A DNA stretch of 64,000 nt from Guillardia theta CCMP2712 (lineage: Eukaryota; Protista; Cryptophyta): NCBI RefSeq assembly GCF_000315625.1, contig NW_005434649.1, forward strand, positions 668,810-732,809, written 5' to 3'. Positions 10,487 through 22,996 of this stretch are shown one piece after another; positions within the stretch are counted from its first letter, which is position 1, and the number at the start of each line of letters is the position of its first letter. Position numbers and translations under genes: made by a program. Below the pieces are notes generated by a model. The model did no database searches, was not told the DNA's origin, and saw nothing but the letters and a program-made list of their open reading frames with translations.

Positions 10487-13400
10487 GGCGCTTGAGAAAT
10501 ACCACCGCTTTTGCTTGAGGCACTTTTTCCCTCGTGTGTCCAGCCTCCCTCCGTCCGCTGCCCCAGGCGGACCCCCGGGCAGCGCCGGCTCCTTGTCGGC
10601 GGCTGCCCTTTCTCCGTCCGCGGCCGCCCGCTTTGTGGCGGCAGCGGACGTCTCGACTGACAGTGGTCAGTCGGCTGCCTCCGGGTATCGCGTCTAAGGG
10701 ATTTTATTCCTCCTGCATGCTCCTGCTGCTTGTTGCTTGATTGCCTGACCCTTAGGCTGCTTGTCTGCGCGGCTTCGCGCTTGGGCTGGCGCTGCCGCGT
10801 CTGGGTGCCAGCAGTGCTGGTTGTTTTCGGGCTTGTGTTTTGTGTGTGTTTGAGAGTATAGGATTTACTGGCAGAAGGTAAAAAGTGCCTCAAGCAAAAC
10901 AAAGCAGGAACAAGCTGAANNNNNNNNNNNNNNNNNNNNNNNNNNNNNNNNNNNNNNNNNNNNNNNNNNNNNNNNNNNNNNNNNNNNNNNNNNNNNNNNN
11001 NNNNNNNNNNNNNNNNNNNGGTACACAGTCCACAGCGAGAAGCTGCACAAACACACACAAAACACAAGCCCGAAAAGAACCAGCACTGCTGTGCAGCTTC
11101 TCGCTGTGGACTGTGTACCTGCCGGTTCAGCTTGTTCCTGCTTTGTTTTGCTTGAGGCACTTTTTACCTTCTGCCAGTAAATCCTATATATAGCCTAAGG
11201 GTCAGGCAATCAAGCAACAAGCAGCAGCAGGAGCATGCAGGAGGAATAAAATCCCTTAGACGCGATACCCGTTTTACTTTCTGCCAGTAAATCCTATACA
11301 TTCCCGGAGGCAGCCGACTGACCACTGTCAGTCGAGACGTCCGCTGCCGCCACAAAGCGGGCGGCCGCGGACGGAGAAAGGGCAGCCGCCGACAAGGAGC
11401 CGGCGTTGCCCGGGGGTCCGCCGGGGGCAGCGGACGGAGGGAGGCTGGACACAGGAACACGGTACCGCTCGAGGTAGTCCTCCTCGCTAGCCTCCGAGTC
11501 AGCGGTAGCCGAGTCAGCGGTAGCCGCCTGCTTTGTTTTGCTTGAGTCACTTTTTCCCTTCTGCCAGTAAATCCATTGAAGGCCGCCCGTGACGGCGGCG
11601 ACGCCGCAGCAATGCCCAAGGACCGGCGTGACCCGACCGATGCCGGGGAGGAAGCAGGCGAGCTCGGACCAGCAGCAAGCACCCCAGTGGTGTCGAGCTC
11701 TCCGGAGGCACCCGACGTCACAGTGAGGGACGGAGACGCCTCGCCAGCTCCGCGCCGGTCGTCGGCGCCACTCGACGTGTTTCCCCCATCGGAGTCGGAG
11801 ACCTCCGGCGAAGACCCCTCGGGCGACTCGACAAAGTCCGAGGAGGAGCTGTCCTCTGGCTCGAGAAGTGCTTGCTTGACCCTTCGGCTGCTTGTCTGCG
11901 CGACTTCGCGCTTGGGCTAGCGATGCCGCGTCTGGTTGCCAGCAGTGCTGGTTCTTTTCGGGCTTGTGTTTTGTGTGTGATTGTGCAGCTTCTCGCTGTG
12001 CGCTGTGTGCCTGGAGGTTTAGCTTGTTCCTGCTTTGTTTTGCTTGAGGCACTTTTTACCTTCTGCCAGTAAATCCGTAATCCGAGCAAAACCTAAGGGT
12101 CAAGCAATCAAGCAACAAGCCAGTAAATCCAGAAGCAGCAGGAGCATGCAGGAGGAATAAAATCCCTTAGACGCGATACCCGGAGGCAGCCGACTGACCA
12201 CTGTCAGTCGAGACGTCCGCTGCCGCCACAAAGCTGGCGGTCGCGGACGGAGAAAGGGCAGCCGCCGACAAGGAGCCGGCGTTGCCCGGGGGTCCGCCGG
12301 GGGCAGCGGACGGTGGGAGGCTGGGCACAGGAGCTCGGTATTCGCTAGCCTCCGTAGCCACCCCAAACCCCCCGGTCGCGGGTAGCCGCTGCAATGCCCA
12401 AGGNNNNNNNNNNNNNNNNNNNNNNNNNNNNNNNNNNNNNNNNNNNNNNNNNNNNNNNNNNNNNNNNNNNNNNNNNNNNNNNNNNNNNNNNNNNNNNNNN
12501 NNNGCGTGACCCGACCGATGCCGGGGAGGAAGCAGGCGAGCTCGGACCAGCAGTAAGCACCCCAGTGACATACCCAGTGGTGTCGAGGGAGTGAATGGAT
12601 TTACTGGCAGAAGGTAAAAAGTGCCTAAAGCAAAACAAAGCAGGAACAAGCTAAACCTCCTGGCACACAGCACACAGCGAGAAGCTGCACAATCACACAC
12701 AAAACACAAGCCCGAAAAGAACCAGCACTGCTGGCACCCAGACGGAGGCACCCGACGTCACAGTGAGGGACGGAGACGCTTCGCCAGCTCCGCGCCGGTC
12801 GTCGGCGCCACTCGAAGTGTTACCCCCATGGGAGTCGGAGACCTCCGGCGAAGACTCCTCCTCGGGCGACTCGACAAAGTCCGAGGAGGAGCTGTCCTCT
12901 GGCTCGAGAAGTGCTTGCGCCCGCAAGGGCGTCATGCGCCTCGCACCAGACAAGAGCGCCTCCAGCGTCAGCTGCATAGTGAGGCGCTGATAGGTGGCGG
13001 CGCGTTTGCGAGCCAAGACCTCAGCAGCAGGGCCGTCATCAGGCACGAAGTGCCGACCAAACGCCGCATCCTCAAGAGGCATCGAGCGCTGAGCAATGAT
13101 GTCCGCCAGATACCAGATGTCGAAAGGCGAAGCCGCGCAGACAAGCAGGGAGGGTCAAGCAACAGTCTGTAGGAGGGGTAACAAGCAGCAGGAGCATGGG
13201 GACTTCCGAAATGAAACCCCCTTAGACGCGATACCCGGAGGCATCCGACTGACCGCTGTCAGTCGAGACGTCCGCCGCCGCCGCAAAGCGGGCGGCCGCG
13301 GACGGAGAAAGAGCAGCCGCCAACAAGGAGCCGGCGTTGCCCGGGGGTCCGCCGGGGGATGCGGACGGAGGGAGGCTGGACACATGAACACGGTACCGCT

Positions 13401-13753
13401 CGAGGTGACGCATCCAGTCCTCCTCATTAGCCTCCGAGTCAGCGGTAGCCGAGACCAACACCACCCGTGACGGCGGCGACGCCGCATCGATGATGCCCAG
13501 GGACCGGGGCTGTGCGGCATCGGAGGCAGGCGAGGAAGCTTGGAGGATCGAGAAGCATCAAGCTTGCGCTGGCAGCCATCATGCGTCGGACACTGGCAGA
13601 TCGGCATGCCATGAAGATAGCAGTCGACCATCTGAGCATACCGATACGGGAAAGCCTTGAGGGGATAGTAGCTCGAGACTCGCATCGGAGAGTGGCTGTG
13701 TGTTTGTGTGTGTGTGTGTTCAATTATGGGAGGAGGTTCACCAACACGACAAC

Positions 13754-15957
13754 CTAAGGTGAGCATCTGCTGGGGTCGCGAGGAAACATGGACGCCTTCC
13801 TGACGTTGTCGAGTCCGAGGTAGAGGAAGACGACGCGCTGGAGTGAAAGTGAGAGGGGATGAGGAGAGGATGTCTTACCTCCAGCCCGATGCCAGCTCCT
13901 GCATGCGGCGACACGCCATGCTGGAAGGAGGTCACGTAGGCCTGTAGGGGCTCCAACGGCATCCCCTTCTTCTCAACCTGCCCCCTCCTCGTCAATCTCC
14001 TCCTCTTCCTCCTCCTCCTGCACTGGACTTTCCTGTGAGATCAGCAGGGCTGGGTCGTGTACTCTTTGCGCGCCAGAGCAGATCTCTTGTCCTCGGAGGA
14101 AGACATCGTAAGAGTTGGTGAACCTCTCGTCGTCTGCCAGACAACCTTGAGCTGCTTCCTCTCCCTCCCCTCTCTTCGCACTCACCAGGGCAAGGCATGG
14201 TGTAGAAGGGACGAACAGCTGCCGGAAAGCGATCGAGAATGAAAAAGTCAGTGTCGAACTTGTTCTTGACGAGCTCTCCCAGCCTAGAAGAAATCAAAGA
14301 ATGAAGGAGGAGGAGGTGGCTTACTTGAGCTCGAGCGAGCTTGACAGGTCCTCCAGAAGCTCTGCCTCCTCACCAGCGTCTCGCAGCATCTGCTGGCTCC
14401 TTCAGGCAAGGCAGGCAGGAAGGAAGGCGGGAGGGAGGGAGGGAGGGAGGGAGGGGGGCGGGGCGGGGGGGGTCGCACCTGGATCGCCTCCTCCCAGTGG
14501 AGGATGCAGGGCTCCTCAGTGAATTGAACGGGGAGGGACTTGTACTGGGAGCGGACGACGGAGAGTTCAGAGGAGAAGCGGCTCTCGAGGCCGAGGAAGA
14601 TGTGCTTGAAGAGGGAGTGGAGGAGGAGGAGGGTCTCGTTGTAGTGCTCCTCTATCGCCATCTCCAGGTCCAGCCCCGTGAACTCGCACAGATGACGGCG
14701 GGTGTTGGACTTCTCGGCGCGGAAGACAGGTCCGATCTCAAACACTCGACCGAGGTCTCCCGAGATCGCCATCTGCTTGTACAGCTGCGGCGACTGAGCG
14801 AGGCAGGCCGAGCGACCGAAGTAGTCGGTGCGGAAGACTTCGGCGCCTCCCTCGCTCTCCCCGGAGATGAGCTTCGGCGTGTGGATCTCGATGAAGTTCT
14901 CCGCATAGAGCGCTTCTCGGAACAGCTGGCAGATCGCCGACTGGACCCTCATGATCGCGTGGTTGGCGGGCACGCGCAGGTCAAGCCAGCGGTTGTCTAG
15001 TCGAGCTTCCTGGTAGACGGGAGAGAAAGGCTTCTCGCTCCCTTGCGACGCTGCGATCTCCTCCTCCGATCTCGCCGCGTCCTCCATCAGGAACGGGAGG
15101 ATGGCCGGCGCCTTGGACAGCACGTAGCATCGCTCGATCTGAACCTCGACGGAGCCTTGCGAGCAAGACTTCACCTCGGCAGCCGCCACCAGCCCCTTGA
15201 CGTCCACAATCGACTCAAGCGTCAGGTCGTTGAGGAATCGCAGGAAGCGCTTGCTGCCTTCCGCGTCCTCCTTGCTCTTGAAGTAGCATGCTTGGACTGT
15301 ACGTGACGGCGAGTCGATGGCTCTGAGCACAAGGAAACAAGAGGAGCCCTTCCCGCGTATCGCCGACACTCTCCCTCTCAGCCAGACCGTCTCTCCCGCT
15401 CTCACTCCTCCCTCCTCTCCGAGCGTCGCGATCTTTGCGAAGGTTCTGCCAGTCTCTCCTCTCGACCGCATGACCTCATACTGCCCGAACATCCTCTCGG
15501 GCTCCTGCTGCACCGACGTGTAGACGATCGGCGTCTTGAGCGCCTCCATCGCCTCCTCCTCAGCGGCTGCGAGCGCTGCTTCCTCTGCCTGCTTCTTCGC
15601 CTTCTTCAGCTGCTTCTCAGCTTCCTTTGCAGCCTACAGTCACGTGCCGTAAGAAACAGTCCAGTGATAAGCGGCGGGAAGGGAAGGAGGAACGAGAGGA
15701 GGAGGAGGGAGAGGAGGAGCAGGAGCAAGTGGCTTTACCTTGCGAGCTTCTCGTTCCTCTTTGATTTTCTGCTTCTCTTCCTCTGACTTGTCGCTGGCGA
15801 CTGGATCAGATGACATCATCCGAACGACTGGATTGAGTCGCCGCTGGTGCCTGGAGGACAGCAGGAGGGTCGAGCTTCTCCCCGTGATCAGCGACAGATG
15901 TCGCGGCATCCTCGTCACCGCCGGGAGAAACGCCAACGTTGGACGAGCCGTCTGCAT
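13754..15957 (-). CDS. DARS: Aspartyl-tRNA synthetase, eukaryotic cytosolic type, multi-exon
   Basis: [68 protein letters not shown]...MFPRDP; stop at 13754. Confidence 0.95.
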
Positions 15958-16107
15958 CTTCAAAGTCGTAAGAGAGGGGAGGGGAGGGGGGCAGATGATT
16001 TAGCAGGAGCATGAGTATCAGGAGGATAGTGGAACTCAAAGTAGCTTGAGGCGAGGGAGATTGGCGAGAGGCAAAGATAATGAGGAGGAGGATCATGAGG
16101 AGCACAA

Positions 16108-16167
<60 letters not shown>

Positions 16168-16479
16168 GATGATGATGATGATGATGATGAAGGATGGAGG
16201 AGGAGGAGGANNNNNNNNNNNNNNNNNNNNNNNNNNNNNNNNNNNNNNNNNNNNNNNNNNNNNNNNNNNNNNNNNNNNNNNNNNNNNNNNNNNNNNNNNN
16301 NNNNNNNNNNGCTTGTCCTTCTCTCACCCCCCCGGATGTCCCAAAGTCTCCTCTTCCCTCTTTTGACCGTCGCTTTTCTTGCCTTTTCCTGTATGCCGAG
16401 GTGGGAGAGGAGGGAGGGGAGGAGGAGGGAGGGAGACAAGGAGGGAGAGCAGGAAGGGTTGGTTGGGGGTGGGGGAGTT

Positions 16480-17400
16480 GCTGGTGTTTCTCACAGCCAT
16501 GGCGACGGCTATCCAGGTCCTCGCCTGCATTTCGGCCTCCTACGCTTGCAAGGAAAAAAAAAAGAAAAATTCTGTAAAAGTATCGACGATGCGTGGAGGC
16601 GAGAGAGAGAAGGCGATGGCGCGAGCGAAACAAGCGGAGGGAAGACAACAAGACAAGTGAGCGAGTCGAGCTAGAAGAGCACAACTGATAGTAGAAGATG
16701 TCTTTCGGGTTCGAGACGATCTCTGCAGGAAAGTTCAAGCTTGCTTGGTTGATCTTTCTTCATGTGCTTTCAACCAGCAGCAGCTTCACTGTCACGCTCT
16801 CTGCCGTCTACTTGAAGCCATGGACGGCTCGCGCTTCTCCTCAGGTCAAGCCGCTGAGATCAACGGCAGGGAACCACACGCTGACGCCCACGACCTTTCG
16901 GTTTCTCAAGGAGATCGAAGAGGAAGGCAGCGGGTTCATGGGGGTTCAACGTCCCAACCCCCCGTCCCTTCCCAAGCACGGCAAGCCGTCACAAGGCAAC
17001 GAAAGACAAGCAGACGTCAGTGCTGTAAAGCTTCCTCCTACTCATACTCCTCCTTCTCCTTCTCCTACTCGTGCTCGTGCTCGTGCTCGTGCTCCTACTC
17101 CTCCCACTTCCTTGTCAGCGACACTTAGGCGATCACCCCAACGCGCAGGAGCTTCTCGATCATTGCCAGATAGGGCGAAGCAGGTGAAGCTTCCAGCTGC
17201 TTCCGAGCAGGTGGGTTTCTCTTCTGCTGCGAATCGCCAGCTTGCAGAAGCGTTGAAGGAGGCGGCAGCGTACGAGGAATGGCAGGAGGAGGAGGAGGAG
17301 CGAGGGGGGGAAGGGCGAGAGAGGTTCAAGTGAGATTAACAGAGAAACAGGGATATTTCAGCTGCTGCACATTACATCCTTTGCCTCCTGCATCTCAAGC
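16480..17400 (+). CDS. Possible hypothetical protein
   Basis: 211-codon ORF with a partly protein-like sequence; no recognised motif. Confidence 0.25.
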
Positions 17401-20400
17401 GCTGGAGGGGTCGCGTAGGGAGCCGACGCGTCTCCTCCTACCAGCGCATCGACTCGCTGTATCTGCAGGCAGGATCTTGCCTGCTGCTGCTTGGCAATGA
17501 CGTTGAGTGCATGCCACCACCTTCCTCTCAGTCCGTTCACCGTCCGGCTGCTGACCTGCTGCCTCTGTTACCTCCTCCCCGCCTCCTCTCCCTCCGCTGC
17601 TTGCTCTCACCGTCACTCGTTCCTTTGCTTCTGTCGCGTTTCCCCAGTAGGCAGCGACAGTCGCTCGTCCCGTCTCAACCGCAAACGTTCCCTCAGCCTC
17701 TCGCACTGTCGCGTACACGCGGTAGACGCCGGGAGGGAGCGCTGGCAGCATCAGCACAGACTCTGCTGCTGGTCAGCTCTGAGCCCAGCTGAATTCTCAG
17801 CTCACCGACTCCGAACGGTGAGGCGTCGGAGCGCTGAAGTCGGATGATCCCGCTCGCGCTGGCGACCAACTTCACGTCCTCTGTTGCCACGTCACTTTCA
17901 AAATGTGAGGAGCAGAGCCACCGGAGGAGAGCGCGAGGGCCGAGCTGCCTTTGGGCATCTGTCGCTAGTCAACTGGGAGGAGAAAGCAAGAGAGGAAGGA
18001 GGAGAGGGAGCAGGAGTCACCCAACCTGAATCCAACTTCCTCCTGCGCTTCGGCAAGCGAGCTCAGAGTCCGGATCGAGCCAGGTAGTGCTGCCATTGAC
18101 TCGCAGACCGCAAGAGAAGAGCTGCTGGTCTGAGCTGCCCTCAATCGTCAAGGAAAGGTAAGAGAAGAAAAGGAGAGGGAAAAAGACGACGACGAAGCAG
18201 TTGAAGAAGAAGCAGTTGAAGAAGAAGCAAATGATGATGATGAAGCTAATGATGATGATGATGACGATGATGATGATGACGATGATGATGGTGATGAGGA
18301 GGAGGACGAGGGAGAGCAGAAGGAAGGAGCAGAAGACTGACTCAAGGACTGGTAGGCTGACGAAGAGATCGAGGTTGGAGGGCTTTGAGCCCCATTCTAG
18401 AGCTGCAGGAGCGTGAGGGCGGAGGAGGTCGCAAGCTGCCTCACTGATCACGAGCGTCGGTGCCTGCAAGCCTGTGAGGGGGCGACGCTGAGGGGCGGGA
18501 GGGACAGCAACCTGCTGGAGGGGAACCAGGCCCGCGAAGATGAAGCTGCCGTCGCGTCCAGTGTAGTGAGTGCGAGAATAGGGATAGAAGCCTAACAAAC
18601 AGCTCAGCAAGGCAACACGGGAAGATTGAGAGTCAGCAGAAGAGATGGGCGTGAGGTGGTTGGACAAGGACCTGAGATCTGCAGGCGAACGAGAATGTCT
18701 GTGTTCCCTCGCGCTTGGAAGGATCTGCAACCGGTCGGGTCTTGCAGCTCGTCAGGGGATGACGAATGAGAAGGAGGATAAGAAGAAGGGGAGGAGGGAT
18801 GGAGGAGGGGGAGGAGAAGAGGGACGGAGAACGAGGAGGAGGAGGAGGAGGAGGAGGAGGAGCTCACCCAAAGCCCACAGGAAGATGTTGAGGAGAGGGT
18901 CAGCCTGCTGGAGAGAGGGGGTGAGGTCATAGACGTCTGCTCGCGTTTCGTAGGGTGGCAACGTTTGTCCTTATATCCATAAGAAAGTGAGTGCGGAAGA
19001 GAGGAGAGGAGGAGGAGAGAGGAGCGAGGAGAGGAGAGGAGAGGAGCGAGGAGCGAGGAGAGCGGAGAGGAGAGGAGAGGAGGAGAGAGGAGGAGAGAGG
19101 AGGAGAGAGGAGGAGAGAGGAGGAGAGGAGAGAGGAGGAGAGGAGGAGAGGAGAGGAGGGACTGGAGGAGCTCACCGGTGAAAGAGTTCTTGACGAGGAG
19201 CGTGTGTGCGCCGGAGGAGTTGAGGGAGCAGAAGGAGAGAGAAACCTCGTTCAAAGGCGCGATGACTGATAGCGCTGAGTTCCAGCCCCAAAAATGAAAC
19301 TCTCCTCTAAAAATTGAAATTTCAGGGAAAAGTTTCAGTCCGAAACAGCAGACCGTATCGAGCTGTACTTGAAACAGCTCAAGTCGTTGCTGGAGGAGAA
19401 TCAGCGAAGATCTTGCGTTCCCCTCCATCTCAGCTACTCCCCTCCCTCATGATTCCTCCCCTCCCTCTCCCTCCTCTCCCTCCCCTGCTCCTTCTTCCTC
19501 TTCCTCTCCCTTCTCTCCCCCCCATACTTACATCAAACTGGACGAACAATTTGACGGCACCACACAAGCCCACGTCACATGCTCCACGTCTGCTCCTGAC
19601 TTGAGCCCTCCAGTGAACCCTCGACCTGCCCGCCCGTCAGACTCGCCGGGGCTGAGAGGGTCGACCGAGTCGCTGGCTCTCCAGCACCGCGTTCCAGGTC
19701 AGGAAGGGAAGGGTCGCGCCCCCTGCTGGCTGTCAGCAAAGAAGCGACGCAGCCACGAGGACCGTCAGGGACGGAGAAGTGAAGGCAGGAGGCGCTACGG
19801 GGAGGTGCGAGGCGAATCGACTGCAGTTGGTCAGGTCCAGCTAGAGGCCAGCTCGTGCTCACGTCAATGAAGGAGGTGGTGCCGTCAGAGCTCCGAGTCA
19901 GCTCGAGGATGCGGCAGTGTGAGGAGGGACAGGAAAAGTCGCTGCTGCTGTTCCATCAGGTCCCGTGTGCTGCTCCTCTCTCACCTCAGACAGACGGTCG
20001 TCAGCCTCTCAAGATCTCCCGCGGTTGGAACCCCAGCTGCTTCCTCGTCAACAATTCGCCCGCTCAGCTCGTCTCACCCACCAGTAGTCAAGGCAAACGG
20101 CCCGAGGACGGTGGAGAGGCTTGCTTCGAGCGATAGGCACTGCAAGAGGAGTGTGAGGGGAGGGAGGAGAGAAGCAGGAGAGCAAGAATGGTAGGAGGCG
20201 AGGAGGACATCAGGAGGCGGAGGGGTCCAGGAAGAAGGGAGGAGGGAGGGTTCAGGAGGAAGGGGGGCGGTCAGGAGGAGGGAGGGGTCAGGAGGAAGTG
20301 CCTGATGGCCGATGGTGGCATTGAAGTCACGTAGGAAGGATCCCCAAGCAGCAGCACATGGGAGCGTACATGTCCTGCTAGTCGGTCAGGTTCATCTCAA

Positions 20401-20720
20401 GCCTCCTCCCCTCACCCTCGCGTGCAGACGTCGGAGCTCAGCTTCAGCACCGACACCTGAGCGACCGTGCAGGGATCCCACGCTGAAGACGGAGACGGTA
20501 GGCTGGGGAGAGTCAGGTAGGGAGCAGCAGGGCAACAGAGGGGGAAGGAGAGGGCAAGGAAAGAGATAGAAAGGGAAAGGGGTTGGGAGGAGGTGAAATT
20601 GAGGTTCACGGATGCGAGGCAGGCGACCTCAGACTGTCGACTAAGTTTGTGCCGCAGGTAGCAGGCAGGGCGGAGGCTCCAAGCCAAGCTTGCCAAGCCT
20701 GTTGCAGACGTCAAATGAGG
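17340..20720 (-). CDS. Multi-exon uncharacterised protein; beta-rich exons with LEWG...NLDLFV (weakly YfaP/DUF2135-like)
   Basis: Exons YTGRDGSFIFAGL, AALEWGSKPSNLDLFVSLP and LPPGVYRVYATV. Limits are uncertain and this may be more than one gene. Confidence 0.35.
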
Positions 20721-21143
20721 AAGGGAAGAAGTTGAGAACCTGAGAGACGTAGAGGCGACAAGCGAGCAAGACCAAGAGAAAGCCTGTCAACCCGGGTGAG
20801 AGGAGCGAGGGAGGGAATAGAAGAAAAACCAGCTCTCATTCTTGAGACTAAATCATATCATATGATTCATGACCCTGAACAACACCACGTCAATCCCTCA
20901 GCCTCACATTGTGTTCATCTCCTTTGCTCCTCCCTCATCCCTTGCTGTCAACCTTCAACCCCCGCTCCTCTTTCTCCTGCCTGCCTGCCTGCCTGGCAGT
21001 GCCTGCCTGCCTGATTGTTTTGTTCGATCAACGTCTCGAACGAAAACGGAATGCACTGATCTTCGCTTTGTAATTTTCCATTGATTCCCTTCAGCTGCCT
21101 TTCAATCTCTTCATGTCTCTCCGAAGCTTCTTTCTCGGATATC

Positions 21144-21275
21144 GCTGCTTCTCCTCGTCCTTTCGCTGCTTCTCCTCGTCCTCTCGCTGCTTCTCCTCGT
21201 CCTCTCGCTGCTTCTCCTCGTCCTTTCGCTGCTTCTCCTCGTCCTCTCGCTGCTTCTCCTCCTCGTCCTCTCCGA
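21144..21275. repeat. 21-bp tandem repeat (cgctgcttctcctcgtcctct), about 5-6 units
   Basis: Directly visible; encodes heptads on the minus strand. Confidence 0.85.
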
Positions 21276-21459
21276 GAGCAGCAGCACATTTTTGTCTCTT
21301 GACATCTTAGAGTGACAAGTGAGTCCGCCTCAAACCGTTATCACCGTTATGAATTGTACCACATACAAAGCCTTATAGTCAAAATCTTGTAGTCAATATC
21401 GACATTTCAATAGTCAATACACCACGTCTCTAGTCAAATTCGTTATCGGATCCGTTATC

Positions 21460-22888
21460 ATGCGACCGCTGCTGCTGCTGGCAGGTGAGGCAGGAGGTGA
21501 AGGAGGAGCGGAGGATGATGAGGGAGAAGGAAGAAGAGGAGAGCAGAGGAGAAGCAGGAAGAGAAGAGCACGGGAGGGTACTTGGTCTCTAGCTCTTCCT
21601 TCTCTTCCTTTTCTTGTTCTTCTTCTGCTGTTTCAGATCCTCTGCTCTCTTCATGTGTATCCCTTGCTCATATCTTCTCTTTTGATTGTGCAAATTCATG
21701 TCTTTTGCGGCATAGCATTGAACTAAATTCTCTTATTTGCTGTTGTGCTTTGTTGCCTTGACCAACATTATGATTCTTCACCGTTCTCCAGTTTTCTTCT
21801 TAACATTCCTCTTTCTCTATCTTTTGGGCTTTCTCTGACATTTAGTTTCAAGTTCTTTCGTGCTGTCTTGCTCAAGAGCTTGACGAGCAGGATAATGAAA
21901 TTATTCGCGCATACTTTCGTTGGGATGCGGAAGGCTGGAACGCCACTACCAAGGAAGGAGAGGTTTGGCCTTCGAGCTCTGAGTTTGGTCAGCTCCGTTC
22001 CAATGACGAGGACGACACCATCTGGTACTATACGGCATCTTCCGACTTCTTAGGTAGGGAGAGCAAGGAGAAGGAGGAACAGTCACGCAGCTTGGCAGGA
22101 AACAAGGTCGAGGCTTACGGCGGCACCGTCGGGTTCACGCTGGGTCACAGCGAGTACAACAGCCTTGGGCTGGGAGCGCAGGAAGACTTCGACCTCATCC
22201 TCGAGAGCGCCGTGCACAACATCTCCTTAGGTCACAAGCACATCGTGCCAGGTGACTCCTGACCGGCGGGAGACATCGAGGGAATGACTCGACTCATGCA
22301 GCGTGGGTGACGTCTTCTGAGAACGTGGTGGAGCTGTCGGAGGACGGAGGCTGGGTGGACACAGAGACAGGAGAGTCGGCGACGAGGCTGTCGCTCCTCC
22401 GCGTCCTCTCAGAGCTTACAGCCCTAAAGATTCGCGGGTCTTACTACCATGGACACGAGTACTCCTACGTCAGAGACGTTTTTCTGACTCGCGGACCAAA
22501 GCAGGAGCTCGCCTGGATTAGGTGAGCGACATGGAGTGAGTGAGGAGGAGCTGACGAGAAGAAGGAACGACCCGCACATCGATGAGATCTGCAACGCCGT
22601 CAAGTTGAACGCCATTGCCTGCGAGTTCTACGGCGTTCACCTGATGAAGTCGCTCCAGTGAGACGCGCTCTCTCTTTCTCTACTCGCTCCCCCCCCCACC
22701 CCCCCCCCCCTTCATCTTGTCGTCTCTTACTCTCTCGGCCCAGGAAAGTGAATATGAACAAGCTCAGATCTGAATATGTAACGCAAATGCGAAAGAGGAG
22801 GGAATATGAAGCTAAGGAGGACGAGAGGAGGAGGCAGATTGAGGAAGAGATGCTCTCGCAAACGGCTGAAGAACCGATTGAAGAGTGA
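21460..22888 (+). CDS. Secreted protein with a laminin IV type A (LamB) domain and a C-terminal coiled coil
   Basis: Spliced N-terminus MRPLLLLA|VLSCCLA-QE is a signal peptide. It is followed by FRWDAEGW, WYYTASSDFLGNKVEAYGGTVGFTL, ELSEDGGW and RLSLLRVLSELTALKIRGSY. Confidence 0.75.
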
Positions 22889-22996
22889 GCGTCAGATGAG
22901 TTGTTGGAGGCTTCGAATGGTAACTCGTAGGAATTGAAGAGATTGAAGCATCTGCCTGGCTGAGTGTCTTCTACTCCCTCGCTCTCTCTTCTCTCC

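Larger units (their letters stand above)
6960..13700. mobile_element. Nest of fragments of one CRE-like non-LTR retrotransposon family in both orientations
   Basis: The same 3' ORF and 3' UTR segments recur at 7467-8420, 10533-10850, 10861-11190, 11200-12075, 12095-12400 and 12500-13500. Two N gaps lie inside. Confidence 0.85.

Noticed and set aside
7467-10850. LTR, DIRS or TIR DNA transposon suggested by the inverted repeats
   Set aside because: The protein has non-LTR RT and RLE motifs with no integrase, tyrosine recombinase or transposase; the inverted repeat is a copy of the 3' region.
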